Shown here: in pieces, positions 20,820-31,916 of the stretch
Layout: every line of letters begins with the position of its first letter
Numbering within the stretch: the first letter of the stretch is position 1
Assembly (NCBI GenBank): GCA_963733035.1
Contig: CAVTBU010000005.1
Coordinates: 1,184,001-1,248,000, forward strand
Direction of reading: 5' to 3'
From: Pirellulales bacterium
Lineage (GTDB): Bacteria; Planctomycetota; Planctomycetia; Pirellulales; PALSA-1355
DNA length: 64,000 nucleotides
The notes under the pieces: model-generated
What the model saw: only the letters and a program-made list of their open reading frames with translations
Database searches by the model: none
What the model was told of the DNA's origin: nothing
Position numbers and translations under genes: made by a program

Positions 20820-21851
20820 ATGAGCGATTTGCCCCATTTGAGTCTGTTTCTGGCCCGCTTGCGGCGCGTACATCTCCGGTTCCACCCCCTCTTCGCGGCG
20901 GTGGCAATCTTCATTGTCTTTCTGAGCACCAGTCAGGTGGGCCAGGAAGCCGCGGGTTACGGACTGCTAGCAATTGGTGTGCTGCTAGTGAGCGTGTTGG
21001 CGCACGAGATCGGGCATTTTCTCGCGGCGATCCGCGTGGGAGGCAGCACCGAACAAGTCATCGTTGGCCCGCTGGGCGGCTTGGCGCACGCCGAGATTCC
21101 GCGCGAACCGCAGGCCGAATTGTTCGTGGCCCTGGCCGGTCCGGTCGCCAATGTGATTCTGGTGCTGCTGAGTCTACCGGCCTTGCTGGCGACCAACCTG
21201 GGTGTCGTCGACCTGCTCATCCCCTGGGAACCCACCGGGCTGTTGCGCGGCGCGTGGTGGGTTGTCACGCTGAAACTTTTATTCTGGACGAATTGGGTGA
21301 TGCTGCTCGCGAACATGCTGCCGGCCTATCCGCTTGACGGCGCTCGCGTGTTGCGTGCGTTGTTGACGCCCGCGATTGATTATCGTTCGGCCGGTTTGGT
21401 GGCCGTGCGAGCTTCCAAATTGACGGCGATTGGCCTGGTCATCCTAGCCTGGGCGGTCACCGACTTGAACCAGGCACCGGTGTTGCCGGCGTGGGTGCCG
21501 TTGACATTGTTGGCCGTGTACTTGTTTACCAGTGCCACGGCCGAGTCGGCCAAGCTCGATGACCCGGAGTGGGAGGAGGAGTTGTTCAACTACGACTTCT
21601 CGCAGGGGTATACGAGCCTTGAACGGACCGCGGACCCGCCCCGCAAGGCCCGCCATTCGATGCGGCAATGGCTAGAAAACCGTCGCGAAATGCGACGTCG
21701 CAAGCGGCGGTGGCAGGAACAAGAAGAAGAACGCCAGGTCGACAGCATCCTGCTGCGACTTCATGAGGTTGGCCTGGACGGGTTGAGTGCCAAGGAGCGG
21801 GCGCTGCTGCACCGCGTGAGCGCGCGGTATCGAAATCGCCAGGGGAGCTGA
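20820..21851 (+). CDS. site-2 protease (M50) family membrane metalloprotease with charged C-terminal tail
   Basis: HEIGH, ALAGP, NMLPAYPLDG motifs; C-terminal VDSILLRLHEVGLDGLSAKER. Confidence 0.88.
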   Translation: MSDLPHLSLFLARLRRVHLRFHPLFAAVAIFIVFLSTSQVGQEAAGYGLLAIGVLLVSVLAHEIGHFLAAIRVGGSTEQVIVGPLGGLAHAEIPREPQAELFVALAGPVANVILVLLSLPALLATNLGVVDLLIPWEPTGLLRGAWWVVTLKLLFWTNWVMLLANMLPAYPLDGARVLRALLTPAIDYRSAGLVAVRASKLTAIGLVILAWAVTDLNQAPVLPAWVPLTLLAVYLFTSATAESAKLDDPEWEEELFNYDFSQGYTSLERTADPPRKARHSMRQWLENRREMRRRKRRWQEQEEERQVDSILLRLHEVGLDGLSAKERALLHRVSARYRNRQGS

Positions 21852-22051
21852 CGCGCAGCGTCACTCGGGCCGCGGACAGCCTGGCCTCCGCGCCCCCATC
21901 TTTCCGTTGCGATGCGGATAGCCGTTACATTCGGGCTAATGGTGATCGATACGACGTCATTCGTGCCCCGAACCGAGTGCGCAAAGTTCACCATAGCCTA
22001 GTTTTGAATAGGGAGTTACCAAGTCGTTCCAATGTCGTGCGGAAGTTGCAT

Positions 22052-23726
22052 ATGGTACCCAAGTTTAGCGGCGCGACCATTCTGGCTGCCCCAGTTTCCG
22101 AGCCGTGCACACCGACAGTCGATGACCCGAAGTTGCTCGTGGATTTACAATCGCGGTTGAACGATTGGTTTGGGGTTGGTTTCGCGCTTTTCGACGGCGG
22201 CACCGGTGACTTGCTCACGTATGACGCCCGTGTCATGACGTCGGACATCTTGGCGCTTGGCGAAATGTGCCGCGCCGTCGCGGCCGGTGGCAAAGCGGAG
22301 TTCGTTGAAGACGTCGAGCCAATGACCACGTTGGCCATTCCCGTGCACTTAGACCATGAGCAAACGATCGTTGCCGTGGCGGCGTTTGTGACCCGCAAGG
22401 TTCCGACGACAAAGCAACTGAATCGAATCGCGGCGGAAATGAACGTCACGCTCGACGCCGCGCGCCGCGGACTGGCGGCTCAACAAGTTTGGCAGCCCGG
22501 CGTATTGCTGAACATGGGGCAATTGGCCACCGAGCGGTTGGCTGCCGACTGGCGTCTGAACGCGCTCGACCGCGACGTACGCGACCTGACGTTGAACCTT
22601 TCCACAACTTACGAAGAAATCGCCCTGATCTATCGCCTCACGCAGAACCTCAAACTAACCAGCAGGAGCGAGGATCTGGCAGGTTTGGCAATCGAGTGGT
22701 TGGCGGAAGTCGTGCCCGCCGAGTGTCTGGCCGTGCAGTTGATTCCCACCGAGGCAACGGCATCGGAAACCGGTTGTTCCGAGCCACGACTGTTGACGTT
22801 TGGAAAATGTCCGATTGACGAGGACGAGATGAGCGACATGCTCGACCATCTCGAGCTACAACCGGGAAAGCGTCCCCTCATTTTCAACGGTTCGCCGCGC
22901 GCCACATGCCTGGCCTTGGCCGCAGATTCGCGAACTTGTCGCCGTTTCGCTTTGTGAAGGGCCAAACTGCTTCGGCTGGCTGCTGGCGATCAACCATGCC
23001 CGCGGCGGAGAATTCGGGACGGTCGAGGCCAGCCTGTTGAGCTCCGTGGCGGCCATTCTCGGCATCCACGGCGGCAACGCCGACCTCTATCAGCAACAGA
23101 ACCAGTTGTTCAAGGGAATCGTGCGGGCACTCACCTCGGCCATTGACGCCAAGGACCCCTACACCTGTGGACACAGCGAACGCGTGGCGCGAATCTCGAT
23201 GCGGCTGGCCGAGGAAATGGAGTGCGACAGCCAGCAAGTTGAAACGATCTACCTGGCGGGGCTATTGCACGACATTGGCAAAATCGGCATCGACGATACC
23301 GTGCTGCGCAAGCCCGGCAAGCTGACGGATGCCGAGTATGAACATATCAAGCTGCACGCCGAAATCGGCTATCGGATCTTGAGCGACATCAAACAGCTCG
23401 GTGACGTGCTGCCGGTGGTGCTGCATCACCACGAGCAATGGAACGGCAAAGGCTATCCGCGCAACCTGGCCGGCGAAAGCATTCCGTTGCTGGCGAGGAT
23501 TGTGGCGGTGGCGGACTCGTTCGACGCCATGAGTAGCGACCGACCGTATCGCCCCGGCATGCCCGATGACAAACTGGACGCAATTCTCCGCGCCGGAGCG
23601 GGCCAGCAATGGGACTCGCAGGTGGTCGAAGTATTCTTTCGCATACGCGACGAGATGCGTGCAATCGCGAAGCGCAATTCGGCACCCGCTCCTACCGAGC
23701 CGGCGGACCGGCGCGAATACACGTAG
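22052..23726 (+). CDS. sensor (PocR/GAF-like) HD-GYP cyclic-dinucleotide phosphodiesterase (frame break near 22900)
   Basis: AIDAKDPYTCGHSERV, LHDIGK, HHHEQWNGKGYP, DAMSSDRPYR; upstream ORF continues across a frame change. Confidence 0.85.
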
Positions 23727-23791
23727 TCGGCGCGGCCGCACGATCGACTAGCAGTCTGATAACGCCCGCCCGTTGAGTTTTTCAACGGCTG

Positions 23792-24571
23792 CTAGCCTGG
23801 AAACTGGCTGGCGAACATCGTCTTGAGGGCTTGCACACCCAGGCGCATGGCCATCACGTCGCTGCCGAAGGTAAGCATGCGACAGCCCTTCTCGACGCAG
23901 CGATCGGCATAGCTGGGGCTGGCCGGCACGATTCCCCAGCCCTTGCCGTGCTTGCGGCAGGCGGCCGCCACCCGATCGATGGCGTTCCACACTTTTTCGT
24001 CTTCCGGTTGGCCGAGCACGCCCAGTGCCTGCGAAAGGTCGGCCGGGCCGACAAATAGCAAGTCGACAGCGTCAATCGCCGCAATCGCATCGACTTCTTC
24101 CAGGGCGGAAAGGGTCTCGATTTGGATCGCCACGAAGTTGTCGCGATTGGCGTCCCGCGCCAGCTCTGCCTGGGTCTTATGCGTGAAATGAGCGTCGGCG
24201 CCCTGCGTATTCAGGCCGCGCTGGCCGCGAGGCGCATACTTGGCCCAGGTCACGAATGTCTCGGCTTCAGCGGCCGAACGGACTTGCGCCGCCATCACGC
24301 CGTCGACCCCCGACTCGAGGGCCTGCGTCACGGTGGCATAGTTCGTTACCGGGAGGCGCAAAAAGCTCCCCAGTCCGCATGCCCGGCCTACCAAGGCTCC
24401 CATCGTGATTTGTTCGGTGGAAATGCCAGCGTGTTCCGCGTCGAGCCAAAAGCCGTCGTAGCCGCCGGCGAGCCCAAACATTTGAAGCGTAACGGGATGG
24501 ACGAGCCGCCCGCAGCAAAACACGCGAATTACCTTGTCGCTTGCCAGCAAAGTCTTGAAAAATCCGGCCAT
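23792..24571 (-). CDS. HpcH/HpaI aldolase family protein
   Basis: WLDAEH, KYAPRGQRG, QIET, LFVGPADLS. Confidence 0.9.
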   Translation of the reverse strand: MAGFFKTLLASDKVIRVFCCGRLVHPVTLQMFGLAGGYDGFWLDAEHAGISTEQITMGALVGRACGLGSFLRLPVTNYATVTQALESGVDGVMAAQVRSAAEAETFVTWAKYAPRGQRGLNTQGADAHFTHKTQAELARDANRDNFVAIQIETLSALEEVDAIAAIDAVDLLFVGPADLSQALGVLGQPEDEKVWNAIDRVAAACRKHGKGWGIVPASPSYADRCVEKGCRMLTFGSDVMAMRLGVQALKTMFASQFPG

Positions 24572-24968
24572 GGCGGGTTCCCAATTTCCTGGAGGTTGTC
24601 AAATTCCTGGAGTCTTGTAGTTAAACGGTTTCAGCACTAGACGTTAGGACTTGGCGACTCGCGCGTCAAGCAACCCCCACCCGCGCTGGCGGTTGTATCA
24701 AATCAAGGCGCCTGGTTGGGGGATGGCTAGCAGGCCTGGAAATTCTTTGGATTTCGCGCGAACCCTGTGGTCGATAGGGTGTCTATCCGTGCGAAGGCCG
24801 CCAAAACGTCTCCGAGAGCCCCAAAAGGGAGTTCTCGTATTGACGCCGCGGCGGACCCATGCGAGTGTTATGTTTGGAGGGGTGGGCGAGGTCCGCTCAC
24901 CTTGTGACTTTTTTACGAACCCACCAGGGTTCACTTTCTCTCACCGCGTGCAGCGAAGGGAGCTTCCC

Positions 24969-25193
24969 ATGCGTACGAACATCAACGTCATCGTCGCGAA
25001 CGTCAACGTCTTTGGTTATGGCCAAGACCGCGTCGTCGTGTCGTCGTCGTTCGATACGTGCGCCACGCTGCGCAGCATCTGGAAACGCGGCACACCAGCA
25101 AATGTGCCCGCGGTTGGACCCAGCGCTCTAAGCGCCCGTGGTCCGTTACCGCGGCCATGGCTGGCGCGGCTGGTATGGCCAGACTCATTTTGA
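24969..25193 (+). CDS. small ORF or leader upstream of ECF sigma factor
   Basis: ATG after GAAGGGAG SD-like sequence; 74 aa MRTNINVIVANVNVFGYGQDRVVV... Confidence 0.4.
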   Translation: MRTNINVIVANVNVFGYGQDRVVVSSSFDTCATLRSIWKRGTPANVPAVGPSALSARGPLPRPWLARLVWPDSF

Positions 25194-25416
25194 GTTTGGC
25201 CATTACCGGGCCCCAGCGGTTGCCGGTGCGACGTATGTCGCCCGTGCTCGTCCTGGCCTGAGTTGCAAAGCAATTAGCTTCGCACTCCCGCGACGAAACC
25301 GTTCAGCCGGGCCCAAGAAGTCGGTCAGCACATGCTTTCCGCTTTGCTTCTTGAGCCACTACCGTTTACCCGCGACCTCGGTCGTCCTAGGTGCATTTCG
25401 AGCCGGAGAGAAAGTC

Positions 25417-25983
25417 ATGTTAGCAGAGATCGTCAGCGAGGAATCCGAAACAAGCCTGGTGCTCGCCGCTCAAGAAGGCGACCGAGAAGCCTTCGGCGAG
25501 CTGGCACGGCGATACGAGCGGGCAGTCTATGCAACTGCCCTGCGACGGCTGGGAAATCATGCCGAGGCGCAGGAAGTTTGCCAAGAAGTACTCGTTCGGG
25601 CAATGCAGAAGATCGGCCAACTTCGCGAGCCGGAGGCCTTCGGTTCGTGGCTGCGGTCGGTCACCAGCCGGATGGCAATCAACCGAGCCGTGCGCAAGCG
25701 GCATGCGATTGCCACCGAGCCCGAGACGTTGGCGGCCACCTGCGTCGAGCACGAAACCCCGCTGGCGGCCGTGCTTGCCAGCGAACGACGGTCGCAAGTG
25801 CGGGCCGGACTCGGTCGGCTGGGCGCGCTCGACCGCGACACACTGGTGGCTTTTTACGTGAAGGGGCAAAGCCTGGTGGAGATGAGCGAGGGTTTTCGAT
25901 CGCCCGTCGGTACCATCAAGCGGCGTCTGCACGTCGCCCGAAAGCGGCTGGCCAAGGAGCTCGAGGAGCTTGTGGCCGTCTAA
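25417..25983 (+). CDS. ECF-type sigma-70 factor
   Basis: AQEGDREAFGEL, region 2 (AQEVCQEV..FGSWL), region 4 (PVGTIKRRLHVARKRL); GGAGAG RBS. Confidence 0.93.
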   Translation: MLAEIVSEESETSLVLAAQEGDREAFGELARRYERAVYATALRRLGNHAEAQEVCQEVLVRAMQKIGQLREPEAFGSWLRSVTSRMAINRAVRKRHAIATEPETLAATCVEHETPLAAVLASERRSQVRAGLGRLGALDRDTLVAFYVKGQSLVEMSEGFRSPVGTIKRRLHVARKRLAKELEELVAV

Positions 25984-25990
25984 AAAGCAC

Positions 25991-26038
25991 GGGGAAGGTC
26001 CGGTTGTCTTCGGATGACCGGACCTAATCCCCTTTTTT
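25991..26038 (+). terminator. Rho-independent terminator after sigma gene
   Basis: Long stem with cTTCGg tetraloop followed by TTTTTT. Confidence 0.85.
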
Positions 26039-26245
26039 GCCGCGCCGAACACGGTCATGGTGTGTCGCGCGGCCTCTTATCGCTTCTTTCCAACCGCTGG
26101 TCAAGGCGATCGGGGCGTGAATCGACGGCAGCCGGAGGCAAACGACGCGCCTCGAGATTATAATACTTCGCGGGTGGTCGTGTCGGCCTGCCCAAGGACC
26201 GGAATAGACGGAACGTATTCTTCAGGATTGTTAGAAGGGGCCGCC

Positions 26246-27448
26246 GTGCAATCAAAGCGGAGTTCTGTAGATCGAGATGTGCCATTCGCCGTACCGTTCA
26301 CTCACCGCCTCCGATTCACGGCGGATGTGTTAGGAGCCGACCAAGAGACTCTTGTCGATTTGCTTGAACCTGCAAGCGGGCGGCCGGCGCGCGTGCAGTT
26401 CTGGCTCGACAACGATTTGCTTAATGCATGTCCCGAGTTGCCTGCCGCCCTGAAAGCGATCACGGATTCCCGACCCGAACGGCTGAGCCGCGCCGGAAAC
26501 GTGCAAATTGTGCCGGGTGGCGAAGCCGTGAAGAACGACATTCACATCCTGGAGCGGATGCTCAAGGTGTTTCACGCTGCTTCACTCGATCGACACAGTT
26601 ATGTCGTCGTGGTCGGTGGTGGTGCCGTGCTCGATGCCGTGGGATTCGCCGCGGCGATTGCCCACCGAGGTCTCAGGCTTGTCCGTCTGCCCACGACTAC
26701 GCTGGCCCAGGCAGACTCCGGTCTGGGCGTCAAGAACGCCGTCAACCTGTTCGAGAAGAAGAACTGGATTGGTACGTTTGCCGTGCCGTGGGGCGTGGTG
26801 AACGACGCGCAGCTGTTGTCGACGCTGAGCCAACGGGACTTCATTTGTGGGTTTGCCGAGGCAGTGAAAGTTGCCTTGCTGAAAGACTCCCGGATGCTGG
26901 CCGAACTGTGTGAAAGCGCGCCGGGAATTGCAAGACGAGACCCGGCCGCCTGCCAACCGATGATTCGCCGATCGGCCGAACTGCATTTAGAGCACATTAC
27001 AGCCGGCGGCGACCCATTCGAGATGAACCAGGCCCGTCCACTGGACTTTGGACACTGGTCCGCCCACCGGCTGGAAACCCTCGCGAACTTTGCCGTCCGG
27101 CATGGCGAAGCGGTGGCGATAGGCGTGGCAATTGACACGATCTATTCGTCGCTTGTGCATGGCCTTCCGCCGGAAGACGCACGGCGAGTCCTATCGTGCC
27201 TTCGTCAGCTTGGCTTCGATCTGCAACACCCCATCCTGGCCGACACGCAGCGCTTGCTGCAAGGCCTGGAAGAGTTCCGCCAACACCTTGGCGGCGAATT
27301 AACCGTCACGATGCTGAGAGCCGTCGGTAAGCCGATCGACGTGCATCACATCGACGTCGAACGCATGCGGGAAGCGATTGAACGCGTGGTCCGCTTTGCC
27401 AGTGAGACTCCACGCTCGGTCGGGGCTCGCGTTTCGGCAATGCGCTAG
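26246..27448 (+). CDS. 3-dehydroquinate synthase-like sugar-phosphate cyclase (EboD-type)
   Basis: [56 protein letters not shown]. Confidence 0.85.
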   Translation: MQSKRSSVDRDVPFAVPFTHRLRFTADVLGADQETLVDLLEPASGRPARVQFWLDNDLLNACPELPAALKAITDSRPERLSRAGNVQIVPGGEAVKNDIHILERMLKVFHAASLDRHSYVVVVGGGAVLDAVGFAAAIAHRGLRLVRLPTTTLAQADSGLGVKNAVNLFEKKNWIGTFAVPWGVVNDAQLLSTLSQRDFICGFAEAVKVALLKDSRMLAELCESAPGIARRDPAACQPMIRRSAELHLEHITAGGDPFEMNQARPLDFGHWSAHRLETLANFAVRHGEAVAIGVAIDTIYSSLVHGLPPEDARRVLSCLRQLGFDLQHPILADTQRLLQGLEEFRQHLGGELTVTMLRAVGKPIDVHHIDVERMREAIERVVRFASETPRSVGARVSAMR

Positions 27449-27499
27449 TTGCCAGTGCCTGACGGCATCATCCCGACTCATTTCGGCGACGTCGGCGGG

Positions 27500-27886
27500 C
27501 TATCCGCGTTTCGCCGCGCTGGCCAGCACGCCCGCGGCCAACAGCAACCAACCGAGAATCCAGGCGGATCCTCCGATTGGCACGACCATGACAAACGGCT
27601 TTCGGGACGTCGCCAGCCAAGCGTAGATGCCGCCCGAAAACAGCACGATGCCGAGAAAAAACGCCAGTCCGGCAACCGTCAACAGCCAATGCTGCTGACG
27701 CAAGATGATGACCCCGAGGATAATCAGCGCCAGTGCGTGATAGATTTGATATCGCACGGCCGTTTCGTAGGTCTGCAGCGCAGCCGGCTCGAGCTTCTCT
27801 TTGAGCACGTGCGAACCAATGGCGCCGGCCGCCACGGCGATTGCAGCCAAAACAGCCCCACCGGCGATCCAGAAGTTTCCTGACAT
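27500..27886 (-). CDS. DUF423 family membrane protein
   Basis: GAIGSH.L, ETAVRYQIYH, GIVLFSGGIY, PIGG. Confidence 0.9.
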   Translation of the reverse strand: MSGNFWIAGGAVLAAIAVAAGAIGSHVLKEKLEPAALQTYETAVRYQIYHALALIILGVIILRQQHWLLTVAGLAFFLGIVLFSGGIYAWLATSRKPFVMVVPIGGSAWILGWLLLAAGVLASAAKRG

Positions 27887-27989
27887 GGCTGGCATCCGTT
27901 CGAGGAAGTCGAATCAACCGGTGCATTCTAGGATGCTGGCCACGAGTTGTCAGCCGGCACCCAACGCTGCGGGCGGCACTGGGAGGCCC

Positions 27990-28032
27990 AAAAAAAAGGG
28001 ACGCCCACCGAGGGGGGCTTCGGCAGGCGTCC
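27990..28032 (-). terminator. Rho-independent terminator after secretin gene
   Basis: Minus-strand stem GGACGCC..GGCGTCC followed by a T8 tract. Confidence 0.85.
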
Positions 28033-28070
28033 AGAACGAAATTGCAACACAAGCGGGCGACAATTCCAGA

Positions 28071-31000
28071 TCACGGGGTATACGGTATGCCTAGTCTCTC
28101 TTCCTCCTCTTCCTGAATGATGATTCGGGGAGTGACCATCATCATCAGGCTTTGGGTTTCGCGGCCAATACCAACGTTCTTGAAAAGTCGATTGATGTAG
28201 GGCAGCTTGCTCAAGATCGGCACGCCAAATTCGTTGCGGCCTTCGCTGAGACGTTTGATGCCGCCCAGTAATACGGTGCCACCATCTGGCACGCTAACCG
28301 TGGTGATGACGGAGACAATCGAGAGATTCGGTAGCTGTACGGTGACGCCATCGTTGACCGTTGAGGTCTGGTCCTGCGTCTGCGTCGAATCGCCGGTCGT
28401 ACCACCCGTGGTTTGGCTATCCTGCTGATTCGAGGTGGTCGTGGTTGAACCGGTAAAGCGGAACTCCGTGACATCGTCGATCGTCGTGAACAATGGCAAG
28501 ACGGTAAGTCGCACGAAGCGGCGGTCATGTGAAATCACGGCCTGAACGGTCAGAGAAGTACCCTCGGAGAGCACGGTAATCACCGGCTGGTAGGCTGCCG
28601 CGAAGTCTCCCACGACCGGAATTACGCTGATCACGAATGGTTGTTGCACTCGGTCGATCACGGACGCCTGTTGACCGTTGAAGAGCGTCACCTTCGGAGC
28701 CTGCATTACATTGCTACGGCGGTCTCCCTGGGCAGCCTGCACGAGCAAGAAGGCCTCCAGGTCGCTGAGAATTGCGAATCCAAAGCTCGCCACCGGTACC
28801 GGAGTGCCGAACTGGGGAACGGCCAGCGTGAAACTTTCCTGATTGAACGGAATGGCAAATCCCGTGTTAGGCTGCCCAGCTTGAGTCAAACCGATGACTT
28901 CGCGCTTGTTCTGGGGCGGCACCAACGGATCCGGATTGATGTTGGCACTCGTATTGATGATGTTGAAGTCGAAGTCCACGCCAATTCGTTCGAAGAATGA
29001 GTCCGACAACGTGATGAAGCGCACTTCGATCGTGACCTGCAAGTCCTGATTGCGGCGCAACTGCTCGAGCAGATCGACAATCTCCTCGTGGACGTCTTCT
29101 GTCTGGCTGATCACCAGGCTCAAATTGTTTTGGAACGGCGAGATTGAACCAGGGCCACCCACTTCATCCCAGGTTTGCGGTTTGACCGTCGTCGTGATCA
29201 GGTCGATCAGAGAGTCGAAATTGGCTTGCGATCCGCCGCCCATCCCGCCTGGCCCCATGCTGATTGGCTCACTCATGCCGTTCATCGAGCCTCCCGCACC
29301 GCCCGGCATGAGTTGATTGATCTGGGCCATGATGGCCGGATCAACCAGGGCGCTTGCGTTGGCGCCGTTCTGGCTGGCGACAAAAGCCGAGCCGGGACTG
29401 AGCCCCACGCCGGTGCCGGTCATGTTGTAGCCGTCGGCAATCGCCGCCGTTAGTCCCCAGCGTCCGCTGGGCGAGAAGTTCGGAATCGGGATTACCAGAT
29501 CGGCCACGTCGTACGTCTTGGTCTGCACGACCGTATCGCGCAGTTGCTCGCTGGTGATCTTCAGCACTTCGTTTTGAATGACGTAACTGAGACGCAAGGG
29601 CTCCAGAATCAGGTTCAAGGCGCTCTTAAGCGAGATATCCTGTGAAAGGTCGATCGTCACCGGGGTATCGCTCGAAACCCCCTCCTCTTCGAGACCCTTG
29701 GGATCGAGGTGCAAGTTGACGGCGGCCAGCTTGGCCAGGTGTTCCAGGACTTCGCTCAGCGGCCGATCGCGGAATTTCAAGGAAACGGGCGTCTTCAGCT
29801 TCTTTTCAATTTCCAGCTCCCGTTCATTGCGTCGAGCCTTCCGTTCCGCCATGAGCTGCTGGCGAGATTTTGTCAATTCTTCCCACTTGCGGGGGTTGCC
29901 AAACTGAAAGGGCTGCTGGTCGTCAAACGGGGTCGCGGCTTCCTCCGCCGAGGTCATCTGATCGTAGTAGCCTTCTTCTTTGGCCTCGCGGATGGCGTTG
30001 TTTCGCTGTACGCGGTTGACGAACTTCGTTTGCCATACGAGCTGTTTGACCACGGGATTGTCCGGATCGAGCTCCCGCGCCCGCTTGGCGAGCACTTCCG
30101 CCTCGGCAAATCGCTGTTCGTCCATCAGGCGATTGCAATCGTCCACAATTTTGGCCAGTTTGTCGTCGATGACCAGCTTGGTTTCGAGTCGACGATCGAC
30201 CTCGGCCAGGATCGCCTTATTCTTCTCGTCGAGTTCGATTTCTGCTCGATGCTCGATGATGTACTTGTCGAGTTCGGCGATCTTGCGGTCGACGCGTCGC
30301 AGCAGAATTCCTTTTTGTTCGGCATCGAGGCCCGAGGCGTCGACCGTGGACCGCGCCTCTTTCAGGATTTCCATGGCTTGCTTGGGCTGCTTTTCACGTA
30401 CCTTGTCGGCGGCGATTTCCTTTTTGGCCAGGTCGTTGGAAATTTGACGCGCCAGCAGCGCGTGTTCGGAACCCTGGGCATCGAGCAACATTTCCGGTTT
30501 GGTGCCGCGCGAAGCCGCGGGCGGCGCGGAAAGCAATTGCAAATGATCCTGCAGCCGCTGGGCAGTCGTGGGATCGAGTTGGTCTCGCAACTCGTACGCT
30601 TTGCGGAAGAAGCTCAGGGCTCGCTGCGTATCGCGGTCGCGGAGCGCCTGTTCTCCCGCTCCATAGAGGTGCATCGCCTCGGAAACGTCGCCGGCGACCG
30701 ATTCGGCATCCGCTGTCGAAGGCAATGGTTCGAGCACCTCGACCGATTCAACGTTCTCTTCCGCATCGGAAGGCAGCTCTTCTTGCGCCGCGGCCATTCG
30801 CTCGCGCGTCGCATCGCCACCTTGTTCGTAAACTGCCTGCGCCGTCGGGTAGGACTTGGGCGCTTCGGCGGCCAACGGCTGATCTGCTGACAAGCCGTTG
30901 TCGCCCGGCCGCGACGGCGCAACTCCGGCTTGCCGCCGCGCCGCGGCGATCCGCTCGGCCAGGATCTCTGGCTTGACGTCAAAGGGACTGTAGTTGACCT

Positions 31001-31916
31001 TCATATTTTTGGCATGCTGCACCAGGCGATCTGCCTCGTCGAATTCCTTCCAGCGCAATAGCTGTTGGGCCTCGTCCATTAGCAAATCGGCCATTTGCCT
31101 GCGGGCCGCTTCGTCGTCGCGACCCCGGATCGCAGTGGTAACTTGCTGATAACGACGAATCGCCGATTCCACTTTGTCCGGACTATCGTCGTGAAAGCCG
31201 AAGCTGACGCCCAAGCCGCGGGCAGCTTCCAGCGACTCAGTCGCACGCTGCACGTCGCCCACCGCCAGGGCACGCCGTGCCGAAAGCAAATGGAAATCCG
31301 CTTTTCGCCGTCCGCCGTCGACGCCGCTGACCGCGGGCTGCGTCGGCTTCGGCAGACGCGTCGCGGCGGGCGATTCCTGGTCCGGCGTCGTCGTCGCTCC
31401 CACCGGGGGCAGCAGCGGCTTGACTTGTCCCTGGCTTTGCGGCAATGCCAGCGGCGCTTCCTCACGAGGATCGATCACCTCGGTTGGTATCCGCGGCGTT
31501 GACGACTCGGGCCGCCCGGCGGCCTGCTGTTCGGCTGGCGGCAATTCCGGTGTGAACTTCTCACTCGGCCGCTGAGGATTCGCCGCGGCATTTCCCCGCG
31601 CCGCTTTCAAATCGGCACGCAACTTTCGCGGCGTATCGCCAAAGTGCAAGGGACCGAAATGCGGATCCAGCTTCTCGACGGCCGCCGTCAACGACTCGGC
31701 ATTCTCCCAATCGCCGTGCTTCATCGCGGCTCGGGCAGCGGCCATCATCTTCTCGGCCTGCTGCCGATTGGCCTTCGTTTGCGACTTGCCAAGTTGCGTC
31801 ATCGAGTCGCCGACAACGATGAGGTAGACGCCGTGGCCGGCCGCATGCGCCGTTGCTGGAGCCAGACATACCAAGGCGAAGGCGACGAAATGCCAGAGCG
31901 ATTTCGACGTGTTCAA
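28071..31916 (-). CDS. very large secretin (PilQ/GspD family) with helical N-terminal region
   Basis: TTG start after AGGAG; QVTIEVRF, QAPKVTLFNGQ, VPDGGTVLLGG, VPILSKLPYINRLF, MMVTPRII. Confidence 0.9.
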   Translation of the reverse strand: MNTSKSLWHFVAFALVCLAPATAHAAGHGVYLIVVGDSMTQLGKSQTKANRQQAEKMMAAARAAMKHGDWENAESLTAAVEKLDPHFGPLHFGDTPRKLRADLKAARGNAAANPQRPSEKFTPELPPAEQQAAGRPESSTPRIPTEVIDPREEAPLALPQSQGQVKPLLPPVGATTTPDQESPAATRLPKPTQPAVSGVDGGRRKADFHLLSARRALAVGDVQRATESLEAARGLGVSFGFHDDSPDKVESAIRRYQQVTTAIRGRDDEAARRQMADLLMDEAQQLLRWKEFDEADRLVQHAKNMKVNYSPFDVKPEILAERIAAARRQAGVAPSRPGDNGLSADQPLAAEAPKSYPTAQAVYEQGGDATRERMAAAQEELPSDAEENVESVEVLEPLPSTADAESVAGDVSEAMHLYGAGEQALRDRDTQRALSFFRKAYELRDQLDPTTAQRLQDHLQLLSAPPAASRGTKPEMLLDAQGSEHALLARQISNDLAKKEIAADKVREKQPKQAMEILKEARSTVDASGLDAEQKGILLRRVDRKIAELDKYIIEHRAEIELDEKNKAILAEVDRRLETKLVIDDKLAKIVDDCNRLMDEQRFAEAEVLAKRARELDPDNPVVKQLVWQTKFVNRVQRNNAIREAKEEGYYDQMTSAEEAATPFDDQQPFQFGNPRKWEELTKSRQQLMAERKARRNERELEIEKKLKTPVSLKFRDRPLSEVLEHLAKLAAVNLHLDPKGLEEEGVSSDTPVTIDLSQDISLKSALNLILEPLRLSYVIQNEVLKITSEQLRDTVVQTKTYDVADLVIPIPNFSPSGRWGLTAAIADGYNMTGTGVGLSPGSAFVASQNGANASALVDPAIMAQINQLMPGGAGGSMNGMSEPISMGPGGMGGGSQANFDSLIDLITTTVKPQTWDEVGGPGSISPFQNNLSLVISQTEDVHEEIVDLLEQLRRNQDLQVTIEVRFITLSDSFFERIGVDFDFNIINTSANINPDPLVPPQNKREVIGLTQAGQPNTGFAIPFNQESFTLAVPQFGTPVPVASFGFAILSDLEAFLLVQAAQGDRRSNVMQAPKVTLFNGQQASVIDRVQQPFVISVIPVVGDFAAAYQPVITVLSEGTSLTVQAVISHDRRFVRLTVLPLFTTIDDVTEFRFTGSTTTTSNQQDSQTTGGTTGDSTQTQDQTSTVNDGVTVQLPNLSIVSVITTVSVPDGGTVLLGGIKRLSEGRNEFGVPILSKLPYINRLFKNVGIGRETQSLMMMVTPRIIIQEEEEERLGIPYTP

